Made by a program: the position numbers and the translations under genes. From a virus (lineage: Duplodnaviria > Caudoviricetes): a stretch of DNA of 64,000 nt. The stretch covers positions 239-64,238 of the IMG/VR virus record IMGVR_UViG_3300032018_000005, one strand, 5' to 3'. Below, in pieces: positions 20,162 through 30,144 of this stretch. Under the pieces are notes generated by a model. That model had not been told where the DNA came from, did no database searches, and saw nothing but the letters and a program-made list of their open reading frames with translations. The stretch's first letter is position 1; every line of letters begins with the position of its first letter.

Positions 20162-20683
20162 ATGAATACATGGGATTTACAAAAGACACTAATGGAGATT
20201 TCTGGACAGAAAATCTCCGATGCTCCAGCATTAACTAATACTTCTGTTCTTTATGCTGCTCTAATTCTTGAGGAAGTAGCAGAATTGATGGTTGGTATTA
20301 ATAATGTTCTTATCGAAGAAAAAGATACAGATTTGCTACCGATATCGCTAACTACGTCATGTATAGCAGAACAAGCGTATTTGGCATCAACAAGAATAAG
20401 AAAACACCTCACAACCACCAAAGATTTTTGTCTTACTTTGTCTGAAAATACCGCTATAGAAATTGCAGACGCCACCACTGATATTGCTGTAGTCAATTGC
20501 GGATTTGCTGTTGCCTCTGGTATAGATGGTGATGCATGTTATCAAGATACAGTAGGTTCTAATCTATCAAAAGCAAATCCAGTAACCGGTATGATCGACA
20601 AAGACTCATCTGGTAAATGGATTAAAGGCAGTGAGTATCGTATGCCTAATTTGGGGCAAATCTTATTCAAGTTGAATAAATAA
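20162..20683 (+). CDS. MazG/HisE-superfamily nucleoside triphosphate pyrophosphohydrolase
   Basis: LILEEVAEL...EIADATTDIAVV...SNLSK...GKWIKG. Confidence 0.75.
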   Translation: MNTWDLQKTLMEISGQKISDAPALTNTSVLYAALILEEVAELMVGINNVLIEEKDTDLLPISLTTSCIAEQAYLASTRIRKHLTTTKDFCLTLSENTAIEIADATTDIAVVNCGFAVASGIDGDACYQDTVGSNLSKANPVTGMIDKDSSGKWIKGSEYRMPNLGQILFKLNK

Positions 20684-20720
20684 AATCTCACAGTCACAAT
20701 CACAATAAGAAAGATAACAA

Positions 20721-22601
20721 GTGATAACACAAGAAGAATTTTTAGCAGCAACATTAGAGAAGGCAAAAGAAATAAAAATTGATCTTTGTCGTGATTCTTT
20801 ATTTGATACAATAAGTATGGATCGAATTACAGATTCATATTTTATGGCGGGAGAGTCTTCTCCTCAACATAGATATGCATTTGTTTCTACTGCATTCGGT
20901 TCAAATAAAGAACATTCTCAACGATTATATGAATACTCATCAAAACATTGGTTTGGGTATTCTACTCCTATTTTATCCTTTGGGCGAAATAAACGAGGCC
21001 TACCAATTTCTTGTTTTTTACCTTTTGTACCTGATACCAGTTCGGGTCTGGTAGATACTCTATCAGAAGCTAATTGGATGTCTATGCTTGGTGGTGGAGT
21101 CGGTCTTTATTTCGGTATCCGTGGTCAAGACGATAAATCTGCTGGTGTTATTCCACATATGAAAACTTATGATGTGTCTTCATTAGCATATAAACAAGGA
21201 ACCACGCGTAGAGGATCATATGCTGTTTACATGGATATTAGCCACCCAGAAGTTGTAGAATTTTTGGATATGCGTAAAGTATCAGGCGACCCTAACCGCA
21301 AATGTCTGAATTTGCATAATGGTATCAATATACCAGACAAGTTTATGCAAATAATCGAAAGATGTATGGCAGACGATAAGGCAGACGATTCTTGGGAATT
21401 GATAGACCCAATTACTAATATTGTTAGAGATACTGTGTCTGCTAAAGAGTTGTGGACTAAGGTGATTGAGTTGCGTTCCGGTGCAGGTCGAGGAGAACCA
21501 TATATTTTCTTTTCTGATAATGTCAATAATGCTGCACCAGAATCATATAAAAAGAACAATATTAAAATTCATCATTCAAATTTATGTAGCGAAATTACTC
21601 TTGGTACAGATGCCAATAATTCTGCTGTATGTTGTTTGAGTTCTATTAATTTAGAATATTGGGATTCTTATAAAGACAATTATCAATTCTTCAAAGACAT
21701 TGCTGAAATGATGGATAATGTGATGCAGTATTTTATCGATTATGCACCCAAAACAATTCAACGTGCAATTAATTCAGCTATAAGAGAACGGAGTATTGGA
21801 TTAGGGGTAATGGGGTTCCATTCGTATCTTCAATCTAAAAACTTACCTTTTGAATGTGCTATATCAAAGTCTGCCAATATCAATATATTTAAAACATATC
21901 GGTCATTTTTAGATAAAGCGAATAAAGAACTAGGTACAGAAAGAGGATCCCCTCCATTATTAGAAGGGACAGGTCTCAGATTTGCTCATGTAATGGCGTT
22001 AGCACCAACGGCATCAAATAGTCTAATCTGCGGTAATACATCACCTAGCATCGAACCTATAAGAGCAAATGCATTTAGACAAGACACATTAAGTGGTTCA
22101 TATACACAAAAGAATAAATGGCTAGATAATACATTTAGGAATGAAGCATATAAAAAGTGGCCCACTATTTTACGCGGTGACATTGATGTTCATGCAATGG
22201 ATAGGGCTACGTGGGTAGGAGACCAATGGCAAGAAGTTGTAAATTCAGCAGGATCAATAAAATCGTTAAAATGGATGAGTGAGGATTTAAAGAATGTATT
22301 CAAGACTGCTGCTGAAATTGATAATCTTTGGGTAATAGAACATGCAGCAGATAGACAAACGTATGTAGACCAGGCACAATCATTGAATATTTTTATCGAA
22401 CCTACTATTTCTATTCCAAGATTACATGCGATTCATTTTGCTGCTTGGAAAAAAGGACTAAAAACCCTTTACTATTGCCGCAGTGAAAAATTGCATAATA
22501 CATCTGTATCTAAAAAAGTCGAAAAACAACGATTAGATGATGATATTAAATTGATGAAAGATATTGCTGCTGGCGAAACTTGTTTAGCATGTGAGGGATA
22601 A
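20721..22601 (+). CDS. nrdA: Ribonucleotide reductase class Ia alpha subunit (no ATP cone)
   Basis: PISCF, SNLCSEI, APTASNS, KTLYYCR, C-terminal CLACEG. Confidence 0.95.
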   Translation: MITQEEFLAATLEKAKEIKIDLCRDSLFDTISMDRITDSYFMAGESSPQHRYAFVSTAFGSNKEHSQRLYEYSSKHWFGYSTPILSFGRNKRGLPISCFLPFVPDTSSGLVDTLSEANWMSMLGGGVGLYFGIRGQDDKSAGVIPHMKTYDVSSLAYKQGTTRRGSYAVYMDISHPEVVEFLDMRKVSGDPNRKCLNLHNGINIPDKFMQIIERCMADDKADDSWELIDPITNIVRDTVSAKELWTKVIELRSGAGRGEPYIFFSDNVNNAAPESYKKNNIKIHHSNLCSEITLGTDANNSAVCCLSSINLEYWDSYKDNYQFFKDIAEMMDNVMQYFIDYAPKTIQRAINSAIRERSIGLGVMGFHSYLQSKNLPFECAISKSANINIFKTYRSFLDKANKELGTERGSPPLLEGTGLRFAHVMALAPTASNSLICGNTSPSIEPIRANAFRQDTLSGSYTQKNKWLDNTFRNEAYKKWPTILRGDIDVHAMDRATWVGDQWQEVVNSAGSIKSLKWMSEDLKNVFKTAAEIDNLWVIEHAADRQTYVDQAQSLNIFIEPTISIPRLHAIHFAAWKKGLKTLYYCRSEKLHNTSVSKKVEKQRLDDDIKLMKDIAAGETCLACEG

Positions 22602-22602
22602 T

Positions 22603-23586
22603 ATGGGCACAAAATTAAAATTGACTGATAGCCGTACCACATATAAACCAATGCAATATCCATGGGCATTAGAGATATGGAAAAAACACGAATCAATGCA
22701 CTGGATAGCAGACGAAGTACCAATGCAAACAGATATTTCAGATTGGAATAATAAATTGTCTAAAGGACAAAAGGATTTTCTTTTGCAGATATTCCGGTTA
22801 TTTACTCAAGGCGATATAAATGTTGCAGGGGCATATGTTAAAAACTATTTGCCTGTTTTGAGCGGCCACCCTGAGGTTAGAATGATGTTGCTTGGGTTTT
22901 CTGCTAGAGAAGCAACTCATGTGCATGCATATTCTCATCTTATAGAAACCTTAGGTCTTCCAGATAAACTTTTTAACGAGTTTATGGAATATGAGGCGAT
23001 GGCAAATAAACAGAAATACTTTGAGGTTATAGGTGATTTGGATGAAAATCATATCATTCAACAAATGACTGCCGTTAGTGCGTTCACTGAAGGTATGGTA
23101 TTGTTCAGTTCGTTTGCAATGCTGCTAAATTTCGGTCGTCAAGGACTAATGCCAGGTATGGTAAAGATCGTAACTTGGAGTATTTTAGATGAAGACCTAC
23201 ATTGTGAGGGTATGACTAAATTATTTAAGACATTCGTGAAAGAAAATCCAGAGGTGTGGAATGACGATCTTAAATCTCAGTTGTATTGTATAGCAGAGAA
23301 TATGGTCGAATTGGAAGATAAGTTTATCGATTTGGCATATGAACAAGGTGGTATGATTGGATTAGATAAAGCAGATATGCACCAATATATTCGTTATATT
23401 TCTGATAGACGATTAATTGGATTGGGATTAAAGGGAATTTTCAAAGTAAAGAAAAACCCCTTGCCGTGGGTCGATGAAATGACCGTGTTACAAAGTCATT
23501 CCAATTTCTTCGAACAACAAGAAAGCTCATATGCAAAGGGTGCATTGAGCGGTAGTTGGGCAGATGTGTGGGGAAGTACACTATGA
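22603..23586 (+). CDS. nrdB: Ribonucleotide reductase beta subunit
   Basis: FTQGD, EATHVHAY, TEGMVLFSSF, DEDLH, NFFE. Confidence 0.95.
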   Translation: MGTKLKLTDSRTTYKPMQYPWALEIWKKHESMHWIADEVPMQTDISDWNNKLSKGQKDFLLQIFRLFTQGDINVAGAYVKNYLPVLSGHPEVRMMLLGFSAREATHVHAYSHLIETLGLPDKLFNEFMEYEAMANKQKYFEVIGDLDENHIIQQMTAVSAFTEGMVLFSSFAMLLNFGRQGLMPGMVKIVTWSILDEDLHCEGMTKLFKTFVKENPEVWNDDLKSQLYCIAENMVELEDKFIDLAYEQGGMIGLDKADMHQYIRYISDRRLIGLGLKGIFKVKKNPLPWVDEMTVLQSHSNFFEQQESSYAKGALSGSWADVWGSTL

Positions 23587-23617
23587 TACAGAAGTATATG
23601 GGCGCATAATCACCTTT

Positions 23618-23926
23618 TCAATTTACTATTTTGAGGTATGACGAAATTCTACCATCTGCAAGAACAATAAATTTATCAGAAATTTTCTCGTTTAGGTATG
23701 TTATTAGTTCTGGAGTTGGTATTATCCATTCACCATTCTCTCTTACCTTTTGATATGAGTTGTGGATTTCTTTTTCTAATTTGAACCCACCAGAAAAGAA
23801 ACCCAAAAGAATTAATTTTTTTGCATTTCCTGTTGATAATGTTTTTATTCTTTGTAATGGATTCTTAGCGACACCAATCTTAATAGATGTCCCATCAGAT
23901 ATTGCGTAGACATATGATTCTGTCAT
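23618..23926 (-). CDS. GIY-YIG nuclease (T5orf172/MUG113-like)
   Basis: YVYAI...IKIG...RIKTLSTGN...E...H...GEW. Confidence 0.75.
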   Translation of the reverse strand: MTESYVYAISDGTSIKIGVAKNPLQRIKTLSTGNAKKLILLGFFSGGFKLEKEIHNSYQKVRENGEWIIPTPELITYLNEKISDKFIVLADGRISSYLKIVN

Positions 23927-24381
23927 AGTCTCATTGTTGTCAATTGACTATGGAGATTTGGTGTTTTATTGAACCAAGATCGTTGAATGCGGCTTCTAAT
24001 ATTTCCATTATAGCAGTGTTGGTCGAATAATGCACCAGTGCTAAATAAAATATATTCTTCGGAATACACAAGTGCTGCTTTAGTAGTAACGAATAATAAA
24101 ATTTCACGCTTAAATTTGTCTTTACCAAGTTTGGTTATTTCTTCTTTTAATGCTGGGGATGAACTCCAATAGTCTACCCAATCGCTTGGTTTTCTTATCT
24201 TTTTCTTTTTACCATTAATTGTTTTTGTCGCTGCTTTAGTGAGGAGTTTTCTACCATAATAAAATTTACCAGAATCTATATGTGTTATCCGATAAATAAA
24301 CCCAATATAACCATCTAAAATATCTTCTTGTTTCAATAAGTTACCATTATACATCCACATTAATATGCTTTCATTTGACAT
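23923..24381 (-). CDS. GIY-YIG (Seg-like) endonuclease
   Basis: GFIYRIT...YYGRK...YWSSS...FKREIL...YN. Confidence 0.8.
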   Translation of the reverse strand: MSNESILMWMYNGNLLKQEDILDGYIGFIYRITHIDSGKFYYGRKLLTKAATKTINGKKKKIRKPSDWVDYWSSSPALKEEITKLGKDKFKREILLFVTTKAALVYSEEYILFSTGALFDQHCYNGNIRSRIQRSWFNKTPNLHSQLTTMRL

Positions 24382-24402
24382 TTAATTATAACTATTTATA
24401 AT
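24375..24402. promoter_or_regulatory. Early promoter (+) overlapping a late promoter TATAAATA (-)
   Basis: TTGACA-N16-TATAAT on +; tatttata at 24393-24400 reads TATAAATA on -. Confidence 0.65.
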
Positions 24403-24441
24403 TGAAACATCAGAGCTACACAATAAACATTGGAGATAATC

Positions 24442-24669
24442 ATGAGACTTATTACTACTGATAATAATACCACTAAATCTTACAAAACAATCGCAAATGC
24501 AATGGACGCAGTTATTAAGATGGAAAAGTTGATTGGTGAGGAGTTTACTGTTGTTATGTCTATCTGCAAAGATAACAGAGTGTCACCAGTCTTCTTGTTA
24601 AAAGAGACCCAACTGTCATCTTGTATGATGTGTTTGGCTACTAATGGATTCATGACTGTCCGGACATAA
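24442..24669 (+). CDS. Hypothetical early protein
   Basis: GGAG RBS after the promoter. Confidence 0.65.
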   Translation: MRLITTDNNTTKSYKTIANAMDAVIKMEKLIGEEFTVVMSICKDNRVSPVFLLKETQLSSCMMCLATNGFMTVRT

Positions 24670-24726
24670 TCAATATTATGATACACTTTAACGTATTCTA
24701 CGATAGCAGTATTAGATTGTGGATTT

Positions 24727-25032
24727 GTGTTATATTTAAAGATACGTGGATATTTGGGGTTGGGGGATATGGTACATCAAAAGAAGAATCAATTGAAGAT
24801 TGTAAATACCAAAATAATATTACTACTTGATATCATTGCAGTCATTGGTTCTATGCTTGGTGCATCAATTTTAGCATCAAATATAGGATATAATAAAACA
24901 GCATATTTTTTTTATTTGGTTGGTGGTTGCTCTACCTTGTTATTGTTGCACTCGGAAGACAATAGAAAATCGATTATTTTTATAACGTGGTTTTTTGTTT
25001 GTATTAATGTAGTAGGTATTATGCGGTATTAA
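24727..25032 (+). CDS. Small membrane protein (start uncertain)
   Basis: Hydrophobic helices. Confidence 0.5.
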   Translation: MLYLKIRGYLGLGDMVHQKKNQLKIVNTKIILLLDIIAVIGSMLGASILASNIGYNKTAYFFYLVGGCSTLLLLHSEDNRKSIIFITWFFVCINVVGIMRY

Positions 25033-25047
25033 TGTGGGAGACACTAT

Positions 25048-26019
25048 ATGAAAACTTTTAAAGGCTTTAATCAAAATCTCTCTTGTAGGGATTTTCAATT
25101 CAATATAGGCGAGACATACACTCATACAGGAAAAGTAGAAGCTTGCGCTTCGGGGTTTCATGCTTGTGTAAATCCTCTTGATGTATTTACATATTATTCA
25201 CCTGATACTTCGCGCTTCTGTTTGACTGAATCTAGTGGTGATATTGAAACACACAAAGATGATTCGAAAATCGCATCATCGATATTAACTGTTGTTAAAG
25301 AATTATCATTGGATGAATTATGTAATGCAGGGGCCGATTATATCCTGAATAATGTAACTAATACTAATACTGAAACTAATACCGGTTACCGATCTGCTGC
25401 TATTAATACAGGGGATAAATCTGCTGCTACTAATACAGGTCGCCAATCTGTTGCTACTAATACCGGGGATTATTCTGCTGTTACTAATACCGGTTACCAA
25501 TCGGCTGCTACTAATACTGGGGCTTATTCTGCTGCTACTAATACTGGAGATCAATCTACTGCTACTAATACAGGTTATCAATCTGTTGCTACTAATACAG
25601 GAGATCATTCGGCTGCTACTAATACCGGTGGCCGATCTGTTGCTACTAATACAGGTTACCGATCTGCTGTTACTAATACTGGTTACCGATCTGTTGCTAC
25701 TAATACCGGGGATTATTCTGCTGTTACTAATACTGGTTACCGATCTGTTGCTACTAATACCGGGGATTATTCTGCTGCTACTAATACCGGTTACGAATCG
25801 ACTTCTAGTGTCGAAGGAGTAAATTCGGTTGCAATGTCGACTGGTAAGAATGGCAAAGCTAAAGCTTCTCTAGGGTCAGCAATAGTGCTTTGTTATTATA
25901 ATGATGATATGGTCTTGTTGGATTTGAAAACAGGGGTTGTAGGGAGGAATGGGATTCTCCCAGATATTTGGTATACTTTGGACAAAAACGGTAATTTTAC
26001 AGAGGCTGAAAATGTTTAA
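25048..26019 (+). CDS. Repeat protein copy 1: KGFNxxLxCRxFQF...GFHAC N-domain plus 16 x 9-aa SAATNTGxx repeats (DUF7666-like)
   Basis: 27-bp in-frame repeats at 25378-25797; paralog at 52123. Confidence 0.85.
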   Translation: MKTFKGFNQNLSCRDFQFNIGETYTHTGKVEACASGFHACVNPLDVFTYYSPDTSRFCLTESSGDIETHKDDSKIASSILTVVKELSLDELCNAGADYILNNVTNTNTETNTGYRSAAINTGDKSAATNTGRQSVATNTGDYSAVTNTGYQSAATNTGAYSAATNTGDQSTATNTGYQSVATNTGDHSAATNTGGRSVATNTGYRSAVTNTGYRSVATNTGDYSAVTNTGYRSVATNTGDYSAATNTGYESTSSVEGVNSVAMSTGKNGKAKASLGSAIVLCYYNDDMVLLDLKTGVVGRNGILPDIWYTLDKNGNFTEAENV

Positions 26020-26401
26020 ATATCATAAAGATGGTGATTTACCAATAGGCAGCGAGATTTTTGTATATGGGTCAAATTTGGCTGGTATTCATGGTGCAGG
26101 GGCAGCTAAAGTAGCAATGAATTTATTCGGCGCAAAATGGGGAAATGGCAAACCTGGAATTGTCGGATTGAGTTATGCAATACCTACTAAAGATGAAAGA
26201 ATAGAATCATTAAGTTTGGATAGGATTTCTCCATTCGTTTATGATTTTGTGTCATTCACGAAGAGCCACCCTTGTATAGAGTTTTTCTTGACAAGAGTGG
26301 GATGCGGTTTGGCAGGATTTGCAAATAATGATATCGCCCCATTATTTAAGGGTGTTGGAGAGAATTGTAATATACCAGAAGAATGGAAAAGGTGGTTATA
26401 A
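26012..26401 (+). CDS. Macro-domain-related phage protein (A1S_2505-like)
   Basis: EIFVYGSNLAGIHGAGAA...SYAIPT...VGCGLAG. Confidence 0.65.
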   Translation: MFKYHKDGDLPIGSEIFVYGSNLAGIHGAGAAKVAMNLFGAKWGNGKPGIVGLSYAIPTKDERIESLSLDRISPFVYDFVSFTKSHPCIEFFLTRVGCGLAGFANNDIAPLFKGVGENCNIPEEWKRWL

Positions 26402-26458
26402 ATTTGATTTGATTAGAAATAACAAATATAATATATTGTAATTAATAAGGAGAGAAAA

Positions 26459-26725
26459 TTGACAAAAGAAATTATTGTACCAACATCACCAGCAGATCAA
26501 AAGAAGATTCTTGATGCAGTAAAAGAGGCTGATAATTCATTGGTTCGTATTGATGCAGAAAAAGACCAAATCAAAGCTATTATCGAAGACATAGCGGAAT
26601 CGTTTGAGGGGTTAAATAAAAAATATATCCGGAAATTAATTACAACATATCACAAACAGAACATTGATAAGTTGTCTGTAGAAAACGATGACTTTCAAGA
26701 ATTATATCAAGCAATCGTAAAGTAA
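26459..26725 (+). CDS. dsbA: dsDNA-binding protein (T4 DsbA-like)
   Basis: KKILDAVKEA...RIDAEKD...KKYIRKL...YHKQN...ELY; near rnh. Confidence 0.75.
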   Translation: MTKEIIVPTSPADQKKILDAVKEADNSLVRIDAEKDQIKAIIEDIAESFEGLNKKYIRKLITTYHKQNIDKLSVENDDFQELYQAIVK

Positions 26726-26729
26726 TATT

Positions 26730-27818
26730 ATGGATAAAGCATCTACTGAAAAAGGCAGAGAGAGGTTAAACACAAAGGAGAAGTTTCCCGAGTTTAATCT
26801 TATCGACTACAATATATCTTTGCTCAGGAATCTCAATTTCTATTCTATAGAGATCGAAGACAACAAACGGAAAAAAGAATGGGCAATTGCATATTGGAAA
26901 TCAGAAAATAAAAACGTTACTGGCTTTGCTAGAATATCAGATGGGTATTTTTCTACTGTAGGTGCGGTCTCTCATATGATTAAATATCGTGAGCTACCGT
27001 TAGAGATTAAAGAAGTATCTTTCTTAGACAAGAAATATACCGAATTTAAACGGATAGTAGAAGCATTAAAAACCGAAGAAATAGATTCTGTTGTGCATGA
27101 AAAGTCTAAAGAGGAAAAGATTAACGATGAATTCAATACCCATATTGCCGAATTTGAGGCTGGATTGGATATGTTTTTTTCTGGTAAACAATTCGATTCT
27201 AAATCTTATCTTATTAAGAATAATGTTAAACCAGGAATGACCAAGGCAATTGCTGAGTTTTTTAAACCAGAATTAAAATTAATTAAGTCAATACCAACCA
27301 GTAAAGACGAACAATTAATAGAAGGTTATTCGTTTCTCAGCCGCAGGCAATTAGATAAATATGCAACATATATTCAGAACCTAATTAGTTCATGCGAAGT
27401 TGCATCCGCTATTAATAAAGCATCACGCAAACCAAGAGCAACTAAGGTAAAATCTCCTATTGAATTGGTGAAGAACGCTAAATACATGGTTAGTGAAGAA
27501 CATACTAAATTGAAATCAGAACATCCATCAAAAATAGTGAATGCGACAGAAGTTTGGTTATATAACGCAAAAACTCGCAGATTATTCAAATATGTTGCAT
27601 TGCCAGGATTAACATTGTCGGTTAAGGGAACGACTATCATTAACATGGATGCTGAAAAATCAGGAGGTAAAATTATCAGAAAACCTGATTCACAATTGGA
27701 TGGTATTCAAAGTATGACCAGTAGACCAATCACTAAGATATACAATGAAATAAAAGGTACCGAAAGTTCAGCAGTCGGTAGATTAAACGAAGATACTATT
27801 ATCGTGAAGTGTTTCTAA
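26730..27818 (+). CDS. Conserved T4-like hypothetical protein
   Basis: 362-aa ORF; C-terminal VKGTTI...RKP...GRLNEDTII. Confidence 0.7.
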   Translation: MDKASTEKGRERLNTKEKFPEFNLIDYNISLLRNLNFYSIEIEDNKRKKEWAIAYWKSENKNVTGFARISDGYFSTVGAVSHMIKYRELPLEIKEVSFLDKKYTEFKRIVEALKTEEIDSVVHEKSKEEKINDEFNTHIAEFEAGLDMFFSGKQFDSKSYLIKNNVKPGMTKAIAEFFKPELKLIKSIPTSKDEQLIEGYSFLSRRQLDKYATYIQNLISSCEVASAINKASRKPRATKVKSPIELVKNAKYMVSEEHTKLKSEHPSKIVNATEVWLYNAKTRRLFKYVALPGLTLSVKGTTIINMDAEKSGGKIIRKPDSQLDGIQSMTSRPITKIYNEIKGTESSAVGRLNEDTIIVKCF

Positions 27819-27833
27819 AAAGGAGAAGTTAAT

Positions 27834-28100
27834 ATGGCATTTAATGCAGAAACAAGAGCAAAAGCACAAGCGACCATTGAGGCAAATAAAGCAGCTAAAA
27901 AGGCAGCATTATTAAATCAACAGGCCACACAAAACCCCACATGTGGAGATATCCCTGCCAAGCTGTCTGATGAGAATGTATGGATGCAGGGGCTAATTGC
28001 TGGAATGCGTAGTCGGGAATGTAAACATGCTTCAGATGTTAAAGATTCAGTGGATATTGCAGATGAAGTTCTCGCCCAATACAAGGCAAAATTCAAGTGA
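27834..28100 (+). CDS. Hypothetical protein
   Basis: AGGAG RBS. Confidence 0.6.
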   Translation: MAFNAETRAKAQATIEANKAAKKAALLNQQATQNPTCGDIPAKLSDENVWMQGLIAGMRSRECKHASDVKDSVDIADEVLAQYKAKFK

Positions 28101-28987
28101 AAATCTTAGTAGATTTCTCCCAGCTAATAATTTCATCAGTAGCAGTCCATGCAGATGAACTTAAAGGTGGGGACGCTAAAGATTTCATCAGACATATAAC
28201 ATTGAATCAGCTTTTAGCACTGAAAAAGAGGTTTTCAGGCCAATTGATTCTTTGTTGTGATTCTAGGTGGTATTGGAGAAAAGACGAATTTCCTGCATAT
28301 AAAGGGCATCGCAAACATAGAAAAGATACCGGTTTCCTAGATTGGAAAATGGTATATGAGTGCATCAATGATATCAAAGCGGAAATGAAAGAAAGTTTCC
28401 CATATACTCTTCTCGAAGTAGAAGGTGCTGAGGCCGATGATATTATTGCTACTTTGATAAAATATTTTGATACGAATGATTTGGTTATTAATGGATTGAT
28501 CGAAGAATCAGAGAAGATAATTATTGCATCTACTGATGGTGACTTTGCTCAATTATTGAAATACAAAAACGTTCAACAATGGAATAATGTCAAGAAGTCA
28601 ATGGTAAACTGCATCAATCCAAATCATTATCTGATAGAACATATCTGCTCGGGTGATGATGGGGATAATGTACCGAATATAATGACTGGTGATTGGTGGG
28701 CCATCGATCGAGCTAATAATGTGAAGACAAGAGCAAATGCATTCAAGAAATCAAGAATGCTTAGTTTTTTGTCCCTAGGTTATGGTGCATGTGCAAATGA
28801 AGAAGAACAGCGAAATTATAAGCGGAATGAGAAATTAATAGATTTATCTTTGATACCACAAAAAATCTCAGATAAAATATTAAAAGAATATATCGATTAT
28901 AAAATTTGTGGAAATAAACAAACAGTATTTAATTATCTAAATGCTCATAGGATGAAACTTCTTATGGCATCATCGCAAGACTTTTAA
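28097..28987 (+). CDS. rnh: T4-type RNase H (5'-3' exonuclease)
   Basis: ILVDFSQ, YWRK...YKGHRK, EADDII, DGDFAQL, GDDGDNVPN. Confidence 0.93.
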   Translation: MKILVDFSQLIISSVAVHADELKGGDAKDFIRHITLNQLLALKKRFSGQLILCCDSRWYWRKDEFPAYKGHRKHRKDTGFLDWKMVYECINDIKAEMKESFPYTLLEVEGAEADDIIATLIKYFDTNDLVINGLIEESEKIIIASTDGDFAQLLKYKNVQQWNNVKKSMVNCINPNHYLIEHICSGDDGDNVPNIMTGDWWAIDRANNVKTRANAFKKSRMLSFLSLGYGACANEEEQRNYKRNEKLIDLSLIPQKISDKILKEYIDYKICGNKQTVFNYLNAHRMKLLMASSQDF

Positions 28988-28996
28988 GGAGATAAA

Positions 28997-29440
28997 ATGG
29001 CAACGTTAAGAAAGATTCATGCGTTTGAACAATTGGCAGAAATCGAGGCCGAGCAGAATGTATTCAAGAAGCAAGAATTGTTAAAAGAGTATGGGGCAAA
29101 GTCCCCATTAAACTATCTGCTGTCTTTGAATTTCCGAGATGATATTAAGTTGGACGTTCCGGAAGGGATGCCTCCTATGGATGTAAAAGATATGGATTCA
29201 CATACTCATCCAGATTTTCAAGGATTGTTGGGTGCTGGTATTAGTAGACTTCAACACTGTACATTTCAAAGTGATTTGAAGAAATTTAAAAAAGAACAAT
29301 TATTTTATGAGGTGTTGATTAATTGCCCATTGAAAGATGCTGAAATTTTGTGTTCTGCTAAAGACAAATCTTTGGTAGAATTGTTCCCTTCGATCACCGC
29401 AGAATTGGTCAAAAGTTGTTTCCCTGTGTATGTTAGCTAA
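28997..29440 (+). CDS. Conserved hypothetical protein downstream of rnh
   Basis: VPEGMPP...KKEQLF...DAEIL...KDK pattern typical of this locus. Confidence 0.65.
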   Translation: MATLRKIHAFEQLAEIEAEQNVFKKQELLKEYGAKSPLNYLLSLNFRDDIKLDVPEGMPPMDVKDMDSHTHPDFQGLLGAGISRLQHCTFQSDLKKFKKEQLFYEVLINCPLKDAEILCSAKDKSLVELFPSITAELVKSCFPVYVS

Positions 29441-29639
29441 CATGTCACCTGAAGACTTTTTGGTGTGGTTAGATGGATTTCTTTTTCTTAGTAATATATC
29501 TGATAATGAGAAATGTATTATTAGAGATAAAATGAAATGTATTACATATCTCTATCCGCCACAATCAATATATATAACAGAAAAACCATCAGAAAAAACA
29601 TATCCTCATTGGGTATTGGGAGCATTCATTGAAAAGTAA
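29430..29639 (+). CDS. Hypothetical protein
   Basis: MSPEDFLVWLDGF ORF. Confidence 0.55.
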   Translation: MLANMSPEDFLVWLDGFLFLSNISDNEKCIIRDKMKCITYLYPPQSIYITEKPSEKTYPHWVLGAFIEK

Positions 29640-30144
29640 ATGGATAAAAATGTATCTGGATATTGCTCAACGTATATCAGAAGAATCTCATGCCATCCGT
29701 CTGAAGGTGGGAGCTGTCTTCGTATCAGAAGATGGAGTGATGTCTACTGGTATAAATGGATTACCTCCAGATGGATCAAATGAATGCGAACATAAGATAT
29801 ATGATAAATTCGCTAAATCGACATTAGACCACTATGATTTTATTCGGTTATTGCCATATGAAGACGAACATGGTAGGTATAGATTAGTAACAAAAGACGA
29901 AACCTCTCATGCTGAGGAGAATCTTTTTTCGAAATTAATGCGCCAAGGAGTATCTACATATGGTGGTTCTATTTTCTTGACCCACTCGCCATGTATAAAT
30001 TGTGCAAAAATAATTATTGGTGCAGGCATCAAAAGCGTTTATTTCTCGAATAATTATGGTACACAAGCCGGGCCTGCTTGGTTGTCTGCTAATGGTGTTT
30101 TTGTTAGACATTTTAATATGGAGGTTAACAGTGCCGACTTATGA
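29629..30144 (+). CDS. cd: dCMP deaminase
   Basis: KVGAV, HAEEN, SPCINC. Confidence 0.9.
   Translation: MKSKWIKMYLDIAQRISEESHAIRLKVGAVFVSEDGVMSTGINGLPPDGSNECEHKIYDKFAKSTLDHYDFIRLLPYEDEHGRYRLVTKDETSHAEENLFSKLMRQGVSTYGGSIFLTHSPCINCAKIIIGAGIKSVYFSNNYGTQAGPAWLSANGVFVRHFNMEVNSADL

Noticed and set aside
19273-23586. Group I introns or inteins in thyX, nrdA, nrdB (also gp43, gp41)
   Set aside because: ORFs are continuous and of normal length
25048-26019. Diversity-generating retroelement template/variable repeat pair for the two paralogs
   Set aside because: No reverse transcriptase in the window, and differences are not restricted to adenines
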